Shown: positions 48,477 to 64,000 of the stretch, one piece after another | Layout of the letters: the number at the start of each line of letters is the position of its first letter | How positions within the stretch are numbered: position 1 is the stretch's first letter | Assembly (NCBI RefSeq): GCF_009914755.1 | Contig: NC_060931.1 | Origin: the human T2T-CHM13v2.0 reference genome, Homo sapiens | Strand: one strand, 5' to 3' | Length of the DNA: 64,000 nt | Program-made: the position numbers and the translations under genes | The notes under the pieces: model-generated | Database searches by the model: none | Seen by the model: only the letters and a program-made list of their open reading frames with translations | Told to the model about the DNA's origin: nothing

Positions 48477-49427
48477 ACAAGCTAGCATTCTAATAAACAC
48501 ACATTAATTCAATTATGCAACAAAACAAATGCACACGCACACACAGTTTAACCAAATGCAGCAGGGCCTCATCTGGGCTCTGAGAGCGCAGGAAGCCAGA
48601 ACCTCCTCTAATGCGGACAGAACTACAGAACGGCTCTGGGGACCGCAGCAGGGACTGGGAAAGAGGGTCCAGGCAGAGGAGCCTAGAGGAGCCTGCGCAG
48701 CCACAGGGCCCAGGCAAGGCTGGAGACACTACTAGCCAGCACTCCACTCCCCACCACTCCCTACAACTTGGGGGCCCCGTTATCGCAGCCCCAACTGGGA
48801 CTGGGCTCATCACTCTTTGGAGCCTGAAGTCCTTCAGGAGGCCTGAATCCTCTGCAGTTGTGTCTACAGTGAGAAACCCCAAGAACTTGTAATGAAACAA
48901 AATACAACTATTTTATAGAAGAAAACTGTAAAAATCACCCCAAAATCTGTAAATGGCCCTCCACAGTCTGAGACCACAAAACACCCAGTCCTTCTGCTCA
49001 CTGCTGTGGCTTTGTCTCTGGGCTGCCCAGGCACTCTCAGCACTGTGTTTCCAACATAGCCTTCCCGACAGTCCTGGTGCTCACTCCCCCAGGCAGTTTG
49101 GGTTCTGTCCTCAATTAGATGAATGAACTGGCTTTCCGATCCTGTCACCAGGGTCTGTGAGTGCACTTGTGTGAACGCAATGCTGAGCGCCAGGCCCACT
49201 CAGGGCGCTAACAAGGCAGGCCTTTAAGCCAGGATGGCTCAGGGCCCCAACTAGCCTCCAGCTACGACCCCAAAATGAGGAGTGCCCATAGTGAGACCTG
49301 GGAGACGAATAGCTGTCTCTAGGCTCTGCTAATACCGACCCACCTCAACTACAGAAGACTTGAAGAGGTCCTGCCCGGGCCCAGGGTCTCCCCAGAGCAG
49401 ACTCCCACCCAGGCACATGCCACTCAC

Positions 49428-49577
49428 CTGCATGCTCTGCTGGTACTGCATCTGCAGAGAACCTGGGGCCGAGGTAGAAATATCCAGTCCAGAGCCTCCC
49501 TCCACACGCTGAGAGATGAAGTTGTTCAAAGATCTCAGGGTGGATAAAACCATGGTGTTTTCCCCCAGGTCTTCCAT
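49428..49577 (-). CDS. MAD1L1: MAD1L1 exon 3 coding part ([28 protein letters not shown]...QQSMQ); exon starts at 49587
   Basis: Recognised MAD1 N-terminus in ORF 49329..49631; Kozak-like GCAACCATGG; donor CAG|gtgagt; 150 nt. Confidence 0.97.
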
Positions 49578-49907
49578 GGTTGCTTTCCTTCCGGGGACAG
49601 ACAAAGGACTGGTCAGGGGCAGCCTTTCCACGTGCCATCAGCCGTGCAGTCAGCAGAGCCTCTGGACAGCCCCACTCCCCTAACGCACATTGGAGCTCAT
49701 AATACACCCATGCCTGTAACCACATTCTTCAATGGCAACTGGGAGCCATGCTGCCAATTTACCAGACAAAAAATGGAAGCAAGGAAGCATGCCACCAAAT
49801 CCCCACCAGCAAGCCACCAATTGAGTCTCAGTTGCACATGGACAGATGGACAGCTGGCGCCCGGGAGGCGGGGCTCAGCACTCAGGTGGCACGTCCCCCA
49901 ACTGCAC

Positions 49908-50445
49908 TGTAAGAGGGTTCTCCAGAGACACAGAGCCAACAGGACACAGAGACAGACACAAGAGAAGGGCTTTATTGGGGAAACTGACTCACGCGATTAC
50001 AGAGACTGTCCCACAACAGGCCGTCTGCAAGTTGGAGCCCTGGAAGCCTGGCAGTGTGACACAGTCCAAGTCTGAAGGCCTCAGAGCCAGGGGTCCGATG
50101 GTGTAATTCTCAGTTCGAGGGGCTGCTGGGACAAGTCCTGGAGACCAAAGGCCGGCGAGCTTGGAGTGCTGCTGTTGAGGAGAGGAGAGGAAGAGTGTAT
50201 CCCAGCTCCTGCAGGCAGATGGACACATTCGCCTTTTCTCTGTTTTTGTCCTCTCCAGGCCCCCAGGCTCTTAGATACTGCCCCTGACTCTGAGGATGGA
50301 TCTTCAGCACCTGGTCCACTCAGACTCCCAAGCTCATCTCCTCTGGAAACACCCTCAACAGGCACACCCAAAACCAAAAATGATGCTTTCCCAGGTTTCT
50401 AGGAATTCCTGAATCCAGTCAGTTGATGCCTGAAACTACCTACCA
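49908..50445 (-). mobile_element. MLT2-type (ERVL) LTR
   Basis: agggttctccagagacacagagccaacagg...tgactcacgcgattac...cagtccaagtctgaaggcctcaga...ggaaacaccctcaacaggcacaccca...aatccagtcagttga. Confidence 0.75.
49993..50171 (-). other. MAD1L1: Probable MAD1L1 non-coding exon 2 (179 nt), lying within an MLT2-type LTR
   Basis: Acceptor ctcttcctctcctctcctcaacag|CAG (NAGNAG) and donor ATCGC|gtgagt; no ATG inside. Consistent with the first coding exon being numbered exon 3. Confidence 0.65.
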
Positions 50446-50474
50446 GGAGCACTCACAGCAAAGTCTGGCCTCTT

Positions 50475-51136
<662 letters not shown>

Positions 51137-51799
51137 TCATCACAGCTGTGCTCATTTTCATTGTTTATTTCTAGTGACATTAATAAGTACTACTACTATT
51201 TTCAACTAGGTATCAGAAAGAAAGGTATCTGACATTTCCGAGCACCGAGACTTCTTGAACTTCAGTTTCCTCATCTGTAAACTCATGACAGTGAAATCTA
51301 CTTGCAAAGTTGTGGGGAACGGGGCCAATATCCCTCAAGTCTTCCACCGCTAGATGATGGGAATACGGCTGCAGGTTGACCAGCACTATATTTGTAAGCT
51401 CAGTCTCAACAGGGTGGTGAATTAGGTCTTTTTACACAGATTCTAGAGATGATGAAACCGAAGCTTCAAAAAGTTACAGAACGGAGATTGGAACTTGGGT
51501 CTGTCTGGCTTTGGAAGGCTGAAGACAAACCGCAGTAAAGAACTTTGCACCCCCAACACCGGCGCTTACTATGGGCTCATGGCAGGCCGGCCCACCAGCC
51601 ACAACTAGGGAACAGCCAAGCGCGTTTAAAAGCCAAAGGTAGAACTTCTGCAGCTGCACAGTTTCTGAGTTTCCATTTAACAAGAACCTTGGCCTGGTGC
51701 AAGCAGAGGCCTGAGCTCCCCAGGCTGCCAGCCCCGCAGAGGCAGGCCCGCCTGGAAGGAGGCTCCACAGCCCAATTCCTCCATTGCCTAAACGAGATC

Positions 51800-52660
51800 A
51801 GGGTGGCCCTTGCCATCCCCGAGGGGAAACCGGGCCCACACGCCCCCTTCCTGAGAGCGGACCGGCGCGAGCCACCAGGATGCCAAGAGCCCCTGCAGCC
51901 CCGACTTCTCCACCAGGCGCCAGCTCAGGCTCCTTCCTCGGCGCGCCGGCACCCTAGCCCGGGGACCCACACGGTAGGCAGCGGGACCCCGGGGCTGGGA
52001 CCACGAGCACGCGCCCCTCGGCCGCCCGCCCTGGCACAAGGGACGGCTGCGGAGACCCAGGCGAGGGGCCCGCTGTCCCCAGCACAGCCCAAAGGGGGAG
52101 TGGGGACAGGGGAGTGGGGAGAGGAGGGGAGAGCACAGAGAGGAGAGCGCGCCCATGGGAGACGGGGCGGGCGCGGGGTCCTGAGGCACGGGGTCTGGGT
52201 CGTTGTGCCCCACCCTGGCGAGCACACCCGGTCCGGGCCCTCGGCCCCTCCCTTGCCATTCCCGGGACCCCCGGGACCCCGGGACCCCGCCGCCCGCGCG
52301 AGCCGGGCCGCTTACCTCAGCCGCTCGCAGCCAGCTTGCCGCCGCCGCTCGGATCTCCCTCCGCTCCGCCGGCGCCCATTTATCGCGACACTTGCGCCTG
52401 CGCTCTCGCGAGACCTGCGTGGCAATCGGGCCGTAAAGAACCGAGTCTGCGCACCGGCTGATCCTGGGGACTCCGCGTCCGCACCCGGAGCCGCCACCCC
52501 TGGGAGACTCCGCACGGAAAGGACTCGGAACCGAAGGCTGAGCCAAGGCGCAGTCGGGGGCCCCCCGGCTTTGCGCAGGACGCGCTTCCACTAAGGCTTT
52601 CGCCTCGCGCCGTAATGTGTGGAATAGCCGCGCCCACGGCAGCCTCCTCGGACAAACTTG
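51800..52660 (-). promoter_or_regulatory. MAD1L1: MAD1L1 CpG-island promoter with adjacent DRE-like (52381-52390), NRF1-like (52393-52403) and TCTCGCGAGA (52404-52413) motifs
   Basis: Very high GC and CpG density; motifs read directly in tatcgcgaca-cttgcgcctgcgc-tctcgcgaga. Confidence 0.85.
52316..52390 (-). other. MAD1L1: MAD1L1 exon 1 (5' UTR; 5' boundary approximate)
   Basis: Consensus donor CTGAG|gtaagc at 52316/52315 in a CpG island upstream of the first coding exon. Confidence 0.8.
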
Positions 52661-53128
52661 CACCGTTGACTCTTCCCAAAATTTTGCTACTCAGTATCAG
52701 CTTGAATCAATCCGTTATTTTGCTTTTTTCTGGGCCCACTAGAAGTGCAATTTATGCTACTAGGCTACCTTCCCAGTGCTCTGCAAGCCAGGGCACAGCA
52801 TCCAATGGGGTGAGGTCAGGCCCCACCATTATTATGGTAACCTTTGTCTATCCTTCAAATTGGAGCCTTCCTGAGAAGAGTGTGCCTTACTCGTTTCCAT
52901 ATTCTCTTCCTCTCCTCCTCCCGTCTCTGCCCAGCCCCTGGCTTCCCTCTAAGAAGATGCTGTTCCTAAGGGTCTGCAATGAATTTTCCTTCTTTCAGAG
53001 AAAGACTTCCAAGTTGTGTGCCCCGGGAATGAAATGGAATAAGAGAACGAGGTGGAGTAGGGCAAGAGTCCCTGGACTTAACAACCTGACTGCAACCAGA
53101 AATAAAATGAAAAGTCAAAACATCTGGC

Positions 53129-53538
<410 letters not shown>

Positions 53539-53663
53539 TCATAGTCAACAAACTCTTCTTGAGGGATGAGTACACCTCCAGGAAATGGCTTTGAGGAAGC
53601 CAGTTTAAAAAAAACAAAACTTCAAAGCATGAAAGTACCTTAAAATAATGCAATCTCTATTAT

Positions 53664-53669
53664 TTTATT
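53664..53669 (-). terminator. MRM2: Probable MRM2 polyadenylation signal (AATAAA)
   Basis: tttatt on + strand in AT-rich context about 900 nt downstream of the stop codon. Confidence 0.6.
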
Positions 53670-53939
53670 AAATATAAAGCTGCGTCAAGTTCCTAGATGA
53701 GTAAAAGAAAATAAACACACCACATCACTGCTTGCTTTGGCAATTACATTTATGTTCTTGGGAGCCCAGACACTGATATAAATTTCCAGCAAAAACCAAA
53801 GCAGACCCACTGCCTGGATAAATTCAGACCATACGTCTTCCCTAATTGTTCCGGGAACTTTTGCTGCTTGAAGAATGCGTGAATTGCTATATTGTTCACC
53901 AGAAAGACAGAAGTTAATCCCCAGATGGAAATTTCAGAT

Positions 53940-54096
53940 TTTTCTTTTGGTTTGCTTTTTGGTTTTTCATTTTTGTAGACATGGGGGGTGTTGCTATGTT
54001 GCCCAGGTTGGTCTTGAACTCCTGACTTCAAGCAATCCCCCAGCCTCAGCCTTCTAAAGCCCTGGGTTTACAGGCATGAGTGGCCTCACCCAGCCC
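53940..54096 (-). mobile_element. FLAM / Alu monomer in the MRM2 3' UTR
   Basis: Reverse Alu left monomer flanked by cagatttt repeats. Confidence 0.8.
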
Positions 54097-54410
54097 CCAG
54101 ATTTTCTACTTTAAACAGCCACACTAAGAACTGGAAATCTGTGCGTGGTGCTCTCAGAGCAGGGGTGGAAAGCCTGTTTGTGTGTGACAGTTTAACAGTC
54201 TATAAGATGAAGTCCCGTCAAGGCACACATGGGCACACCCATCCCTGCCTCGGCGGATTCCTTCTGATCCTTCCCACAGTCTGTTTTTCTCCATCCTTCC
54301 ATCCTCACCTCTTTCTCTTGATAACTTTCTCTTCCCAAATCACAATATAGCGGACTTTTTCATTTTCCATGGCCCCTGAACTTAGTTTTGTCATCTCTTT
54401 TTGGTTAAAA

Positions 54411-54437
54411 AGAGAGAGAGAGAAAGAGAGAGAGAGA
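54411..54437 (+). repeat. Interrupted (GA)n microsatellite in the MRM2 3' UTR
   Basis: agagagagagagaaagagagagagaga. Confidence 0.85.
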
Positions 54438-54562
54438 CTCCCCACTTGTCCTGCTCCATCTCCAAAATCAGCTCAAATCTCCCAGGAACTCTTCAGGAGC
54501 TCAGGCTACGTTTCTAGCTTAAAAGGAGCTAATGACCATTATGAAAATGGCACAAGAAATCC

Positions 54563-55036
<474 letters not shown>

Positions 55037-55309
55037 TTACACCCTGAATCTTTTTACAAAAATACAGTACATGCAACAAAGTGATGAAATAAAAATAAAA
55101 TGTCAAGACCAAGGCAAAGAGCTAATGTGCAAATAGGTAAACACAGGCCTTCTCTATCTATACATCCTATAAAGACACATGGTGGAGATGGCGGGCCTTA
55201 ACATCTGAGAAGCTGAGGCCCAGACAGGAAGTGACTGTCCTAGAGTCATCCTCAGCCATGGGCAGACCTGTGCCAGGCATCAGGACTTCTGATTCCAAAT
55301 CTGGTATCA

Positions 55310-58495
<3,186 letters not shown>

Positions 58496-58632
58496 TTAGC
58501 AAGAAAAGTATGGCACAACATCGCTTTTGAAAATGTGAGGGATCTATGCATGCACAAGCCTGGAAGGATGCACACCACCATGCTGGTGCTGGTACCTGCG
58601 GGCGGTCTCATGCGAGGTGATTTCCATGTTCA

Positions 58633-59202
<570 letters not shown>

Positions 59203-59364
59203 TCATTCATTTCTAGAGATGGGGCACCAAGGCCCAGGAGGGGAGGTGAACTGATAAGGCTCCACAGATGGAAAGCAGGCATCACAGGCCAAACTGTGTC
59301 CCCGCAAAATTAATGTGTTGATGTCCTAACCCTTGGTACCTCAGAATATGGGGGTATTCGGAGA

Positions 59365-61020
<1,656 letters not shown>

Positions 61021-61579
61021 CTATGTCCATCTTTCTGATTTAAATAAATAAATAAAAGTTACCACCCTCATGGCTCCAAGGCCAAAGCTTCTAGCTTCTG
61101 CAACACCAAAGCGTGCTGACAAGCCAGGAGGCACTGACTGCTGACCGTGAGTCGCTGTCTTCCCCTCGCTTAAGGGGTCTCCCGGGAAAATGGCACAAGC
61201 CGGTCCCGGGGGCCAGGGCCCACTCGACAGCCCAGGAAGCGCGGGCAATGGAGCTACCCGGCCCAGAAGCGAAATCCCGCCCCGGGCTCGCCCCCGGCGC
61301 CTTGGATCTGGGCCCCGGCGCTGCGCCCCCCACCTGGACTCCGCCGCCGGCCCCGGCCTCCCCACGGCCCCGCCGGCCCTGCCCCTGGAGACCTGAGGGC
61401 GCCCTCCTCCCGGGGAACTGCGACCCGGAATCCTGGCCTCGCCCCTGTCGCGCTCGCTGAGTGCGGGGACGGTGCCCAGCGCTCGGCACCCAGCCCCGAG
61501 GCCAGGACCGAGGAAGGCGACCGGGCGGACCCCCAACCACTCCCGCTGTCTGCACGCGCAGCAGCAGCGCCCAGCTCAC

Positions 61580-61587
61580 CCCGCCAT
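61580..61587 (-). CDS. MRM2: MRM2 (FTSJ2) coding exon 1: ATG GCG GG (M-A-G), mitochondrial rRNA 2'-O-methyltransferase 2
   Basis: Minus strand reads ACACCA-ATGGCGGG|gtgagc inside the CpG island. The 8 coding nt join exon 2 in frame (MAG+YLKLVCV). Confidence 0.93.
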
Positions 61588-61634
61588 TGGTGTTCCCCGC
61601 GCCTGCAGCGCGCCGCCGGAAGTGCCTGGCCTCA

Positions 61635-61674
61635 CTTCCGGTCAGAGGCCACGCCCCCGGAAGCGGCGGTGCAG
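61635..61674 (+). other. NUDT1: NUDT1 non-coding exon 1 (5' boundary approximate)
   Basis: Ends GGCGGTGCAG|gtacga; joining to 63981 gives the recalled MTH1 leader ...gtgcag-aacccagggaccATG. Confidence 0.75.
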
Positions 61675-62056
61675 GTACGAAAAGCGCGCGCGGGGATTCC
61701 AGGAGTCGTGGTGACCAGGGAGGGGAGCCGGGCCAGCGGGCGGCAGGAGACTAGGGGAGCTGAGCCATGGGCTTGGGGGAGAGCGGGGCCGGGAGCTCGA
61801 AGGAGACCAGAAGAGCAGGGTCGGGGGCTCGAGGGAGACGAGGAGAGCGGGGCCGGGGGTTTGGGAGAGAGACAAGGAGAGCGGGGCGGAGGCTTGGGGG
61901 AGACCAGGAGTAAATCACAAAAATTTACTTTGGAAACCGTGGCTTCTGGCAGAAACAGATCAGTGTCGGGACAAAGTACACGGGCCTGGTGTGAAACTAA
62001 GCCACAAACCCATTTACCCTGTCTGACCTGCCTCCGCCACCAGGACCCAGTCTCAG

Positions 62057-62811
62057 TGAAATGGGAAAGGTTCCCTTGTCCTCCTCGAAGGGCGTGCGAT
62101 GAGGATGTGGCTCACTTCTTCAGTGCCCCGCTTCTCAAGCCTCTAGGGGAACATACAGACAGGCAGGCTGAGGGGCTCCCACCCCACGGCAGTGTCTAGG
62201 GGTGAATGTTTGCAGCTCCTGAAGCCCCAGCAGGCATGTGTTAGAGGGTGCTCTTTCAGTTTAGCCTTGTAGGTGGCTTGTGTTAGTCAGCTGTTAGACT
62301 CCCTGCCTTATCGCAAGGACAGAGGGCTTTCTGTATCCCTAGGTTTCTTGCCTTGATGTACTGGAGCAATCAGATCACACGGCGGCTTGGAGAGTGAGTG
62401 CAAGGTTTTATGAGTGGAATTAGCCCTCAGCAGATGGGGGAGCCAGAAGGCAGTTGGAGTGGGAAGGTGATTTTCCCCTGGAGTCGGGCTGCTGAGCAGC
62501 CTGGGCTCTCCTCTGACCGCCCCTGCCAAACTCATGGTTCCATCAGTTGATGGCCTGCTGGTGCCTGTTGGTGTGCTTTCCACGTCCTCTTGACGTCCAG
62601 CGGCTTGTGTCTCTGCCCACTATAAAAAACCACTGGGGTTTTTTTATAGGCACAGGACGGGGACGTGGCGGGCTCGGGAAATGCAACATTTGGGCAAAAA
62701 AACAGAAATGCCTGTCCTCACCCAGGTCCCTGGGCACAGGCCTGGGGGTGGAGCCCTGGCCAGAGACCACGCCCTCCTCTACCCAGCACTTCCCTGCCCC
62801 CTTCCTTATCA
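62057..62811 (-). mobile_element. Solo ERV1 LTR (LTR1/LTR27/LTR28/MER52-related group), antisense, 755 bp, inside NUDT1
   Basis: Minus strand runs TGATAAGGAAGGGGGCAGGGAAGTGCTGGGTAGAGGAGGG...CCTATAAAA...CCCATTTCA (TG...CA termini); flanks tcag/tctg resemble a 4-bp TSD. Subfamily uncertain. Confidence 0.75.
62410..62466 (+). CDS. NUDT1: NUDT1 alternative exon-2 coding segment (MSGISPQQMGEPEGSWSGK) for N-terminally extended p22/p21 isoforms
   Basis: ATGs at 62410 and 62434; donor AAG|gtgatt at 62467; in frame with NPGT-MGA in the next exon (+23 and +15 aa, matching the known 179/171-aa isoforms). Confidence 0.85.
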
Positions 62812-62908
62812 TCTGGTCCCTTTTCTCAGACACCACAACTTCCAAGAAGGATCACTGGTCCTGAACCCTGTGTCTTGTCCAGGTGTGGACCCCAGAAAAG
62901 TTGGTCCT

Positions 62909-63203
62909 GGCTGGGCGCAGTGGCTCACGCCTGTAATCTCAGCACTTTGGGAGGCTGAGGTGGGTGGATCGCTTGAGCTCAGGAGTTCGTGACCAGCCTG
63001 GGCAACGTGACAAAACCCCATCTCTACTAAAAATACAGAAATTAGCTGGGTGTGGCGGCTCATGCCTGTGGTCCCAGCTATGTGGGATGCTGAGGCAGGA
63101 GGATGGCTTCAGCCAGGGAGGCGGAGGTTACAGTGAACCGCGATCACGCCACTCTCCTCCAGCCTGGGCAACAGAGCAGGATCTTGTCTCAAAATAAATA
63201 AAG
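62909..63203 (+). mobile_element. Alu (AluJ/S), TSD aaagttggtcct
   Basis: Alu consensus; duplicated flanks. Confidence 0.9.
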
Positions 63204-63992
63204 GAAAGTTGGTCCTGGCCCTCCAGCATTTCTCCAGGGTCCTTTTTTCAGCAGGGACCTGGCGGAGGCATCGCCCTCAGAGTCCTCTGGACCTGGACCT
63301 GCACACCTATGGGAGCAGGAAGGACCCTTGTGACTTCCAGTGGCCCCCCTGGGTGCCAGGTCCCACAGTAGCCACAGCAGGAGCAGAGTGGGTGGGGTAT
63401 AAACTCCTATCACAGGAGGGAGGACTAGCCGGGCCTGGCTGGGTGGACCTGTGTCTACAGCCACACATTTCCTGGGAATCTGGAAGCCTGCTACAGAGAG
63501 GCCAGGTCCCACTAGACTGAAAGAAGTTCCTGTTAATCCAAAGGCCTGACCTGAGGACCACAGGATAAACTGCGTGGTTATTTTGGTGCCAATCAGGCAC
63601 GGGGACTGTTGTTCCTCACTGTGTGCCTATAAGCAGGGGGTTCCTGGGGGTAGACGCAGGAGCAAGAGCACGCTCTGGAAAGGTGATGTTGTCCTCTGCA
63701 CCTGAGTACTGACTTGTGGAGAAGGAAGGTAGCGCCGGCCTCTGCTCTGCTTGATCAGCCCTGCTGACCACTGGGTTCTGTTTCTACCCCAGAAAATCAC
63801 TGGTTCAATGGCAGTTTTCCACCTGCCACAAGGGAAGCCACACGTGGCAGGGCTGGGGAGTTACAGCATACCCCCCCGCCCCCCACTGCCTCCCAGAGCA
63901 CGTCCCCTTCCTCCTGGCCCCTGGCACGTGCTTCCTCCACGCACGTCATGGCTGACTCTGCCCTCTCACCTTCCTTTCAGAACCCAGGGACC

Positions 63993-64000
63993 ATGGGCGC
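63993..64000 (+). CDS. NUDT1: NUDT1 (MTH1, oxidised purine dNTP hydrolase) main start codon, MGA...; exon begins at 63981; truncated by window end
   Basis: Acceptor ctctcaccttcctttcag|AACCCAGGGACCATGGGCGC with strong Kozak context; MGA is the MTH1 p18 N-terminus. Confidence 0.88.

Larger units (their letters stand above)
61150..61910. promoter_or_regulatory. Bidirectional CpG-island promoter shared by MRM2 (-) and NUDT1 (+), with three ETS/GABP CCGGAAG sites
   Basis: MRM2 ATG at 61587 and NUDT1 exon-1 donor at 61675 are under 100 nt apart; ccggaagt 61616-61623, acttccgg 61634-61641, ccggaagc 61657-61664. Confidence 0.9.

Noticed and set aside
51545-52663. Long ORFs on both strands over the MAD1L1 CpG island (349 aa +, 291 aa -)
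   Set aside because: Non-ATG starts, Pro/Arg/Gly/Ala-rich, no recognisable domain; expected from stop-codon scarcity in very GC-rich DNA.
61021-62199. ORFs across the MRM2/NUDT1 promoter
   Set aside because: CpG-island artefacts; real coding here is limited to the 8-nt MRM2 exon-1 segment.

Overview
Human (or close primate) genomic DNA, recognisable from the encoded proteins as the 7p22.3 MAD1L1-MRM2(FTSJ2)-NUDT1(MTH1) cluster. On the minus strand are the complete MRM2 gene (3 coding exons, 246 aa) and, about 1.25 kb beyond its polyA signal, the 5' part of MAD1L1 (exons 1-10, codons 1-328; bases 1-32718 are intron 10). On the plus strand is the 5' end of NUDT1, head-to-head with MRM2 at a compact ETS-rich CpG-island promoter. 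The rest is Alu, L1, LTR, MIR and DNA-transposon sequence plus a few local duplications. Best candidate for undescribed biology: a 39-nt inverted copy (46003-46041) of the MAD1L1 exon-4 3' splice site, about 1 kb upstream in the intron. In the pre-mRNA it could pair at 38/39 positions over that acceptor. Exon 4 is in-frame and carries the KRAR NLS, and I recall it as the exon skipped in the MAD1-beta isoform. Other leads: the NUDT1 N-terminal extension exon lies inside an antisense solo ERV1 LTR (this haplotype has the TGA allele that blocks p26), that LTR has an inverted duplicate of its TATA box, and MRM2-to-MAD1L1 read-through could splice in frame. Exon boundaries were read from the sequence. 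Repeat family names and boundaries come from recalled consensus sequences and are approximate.
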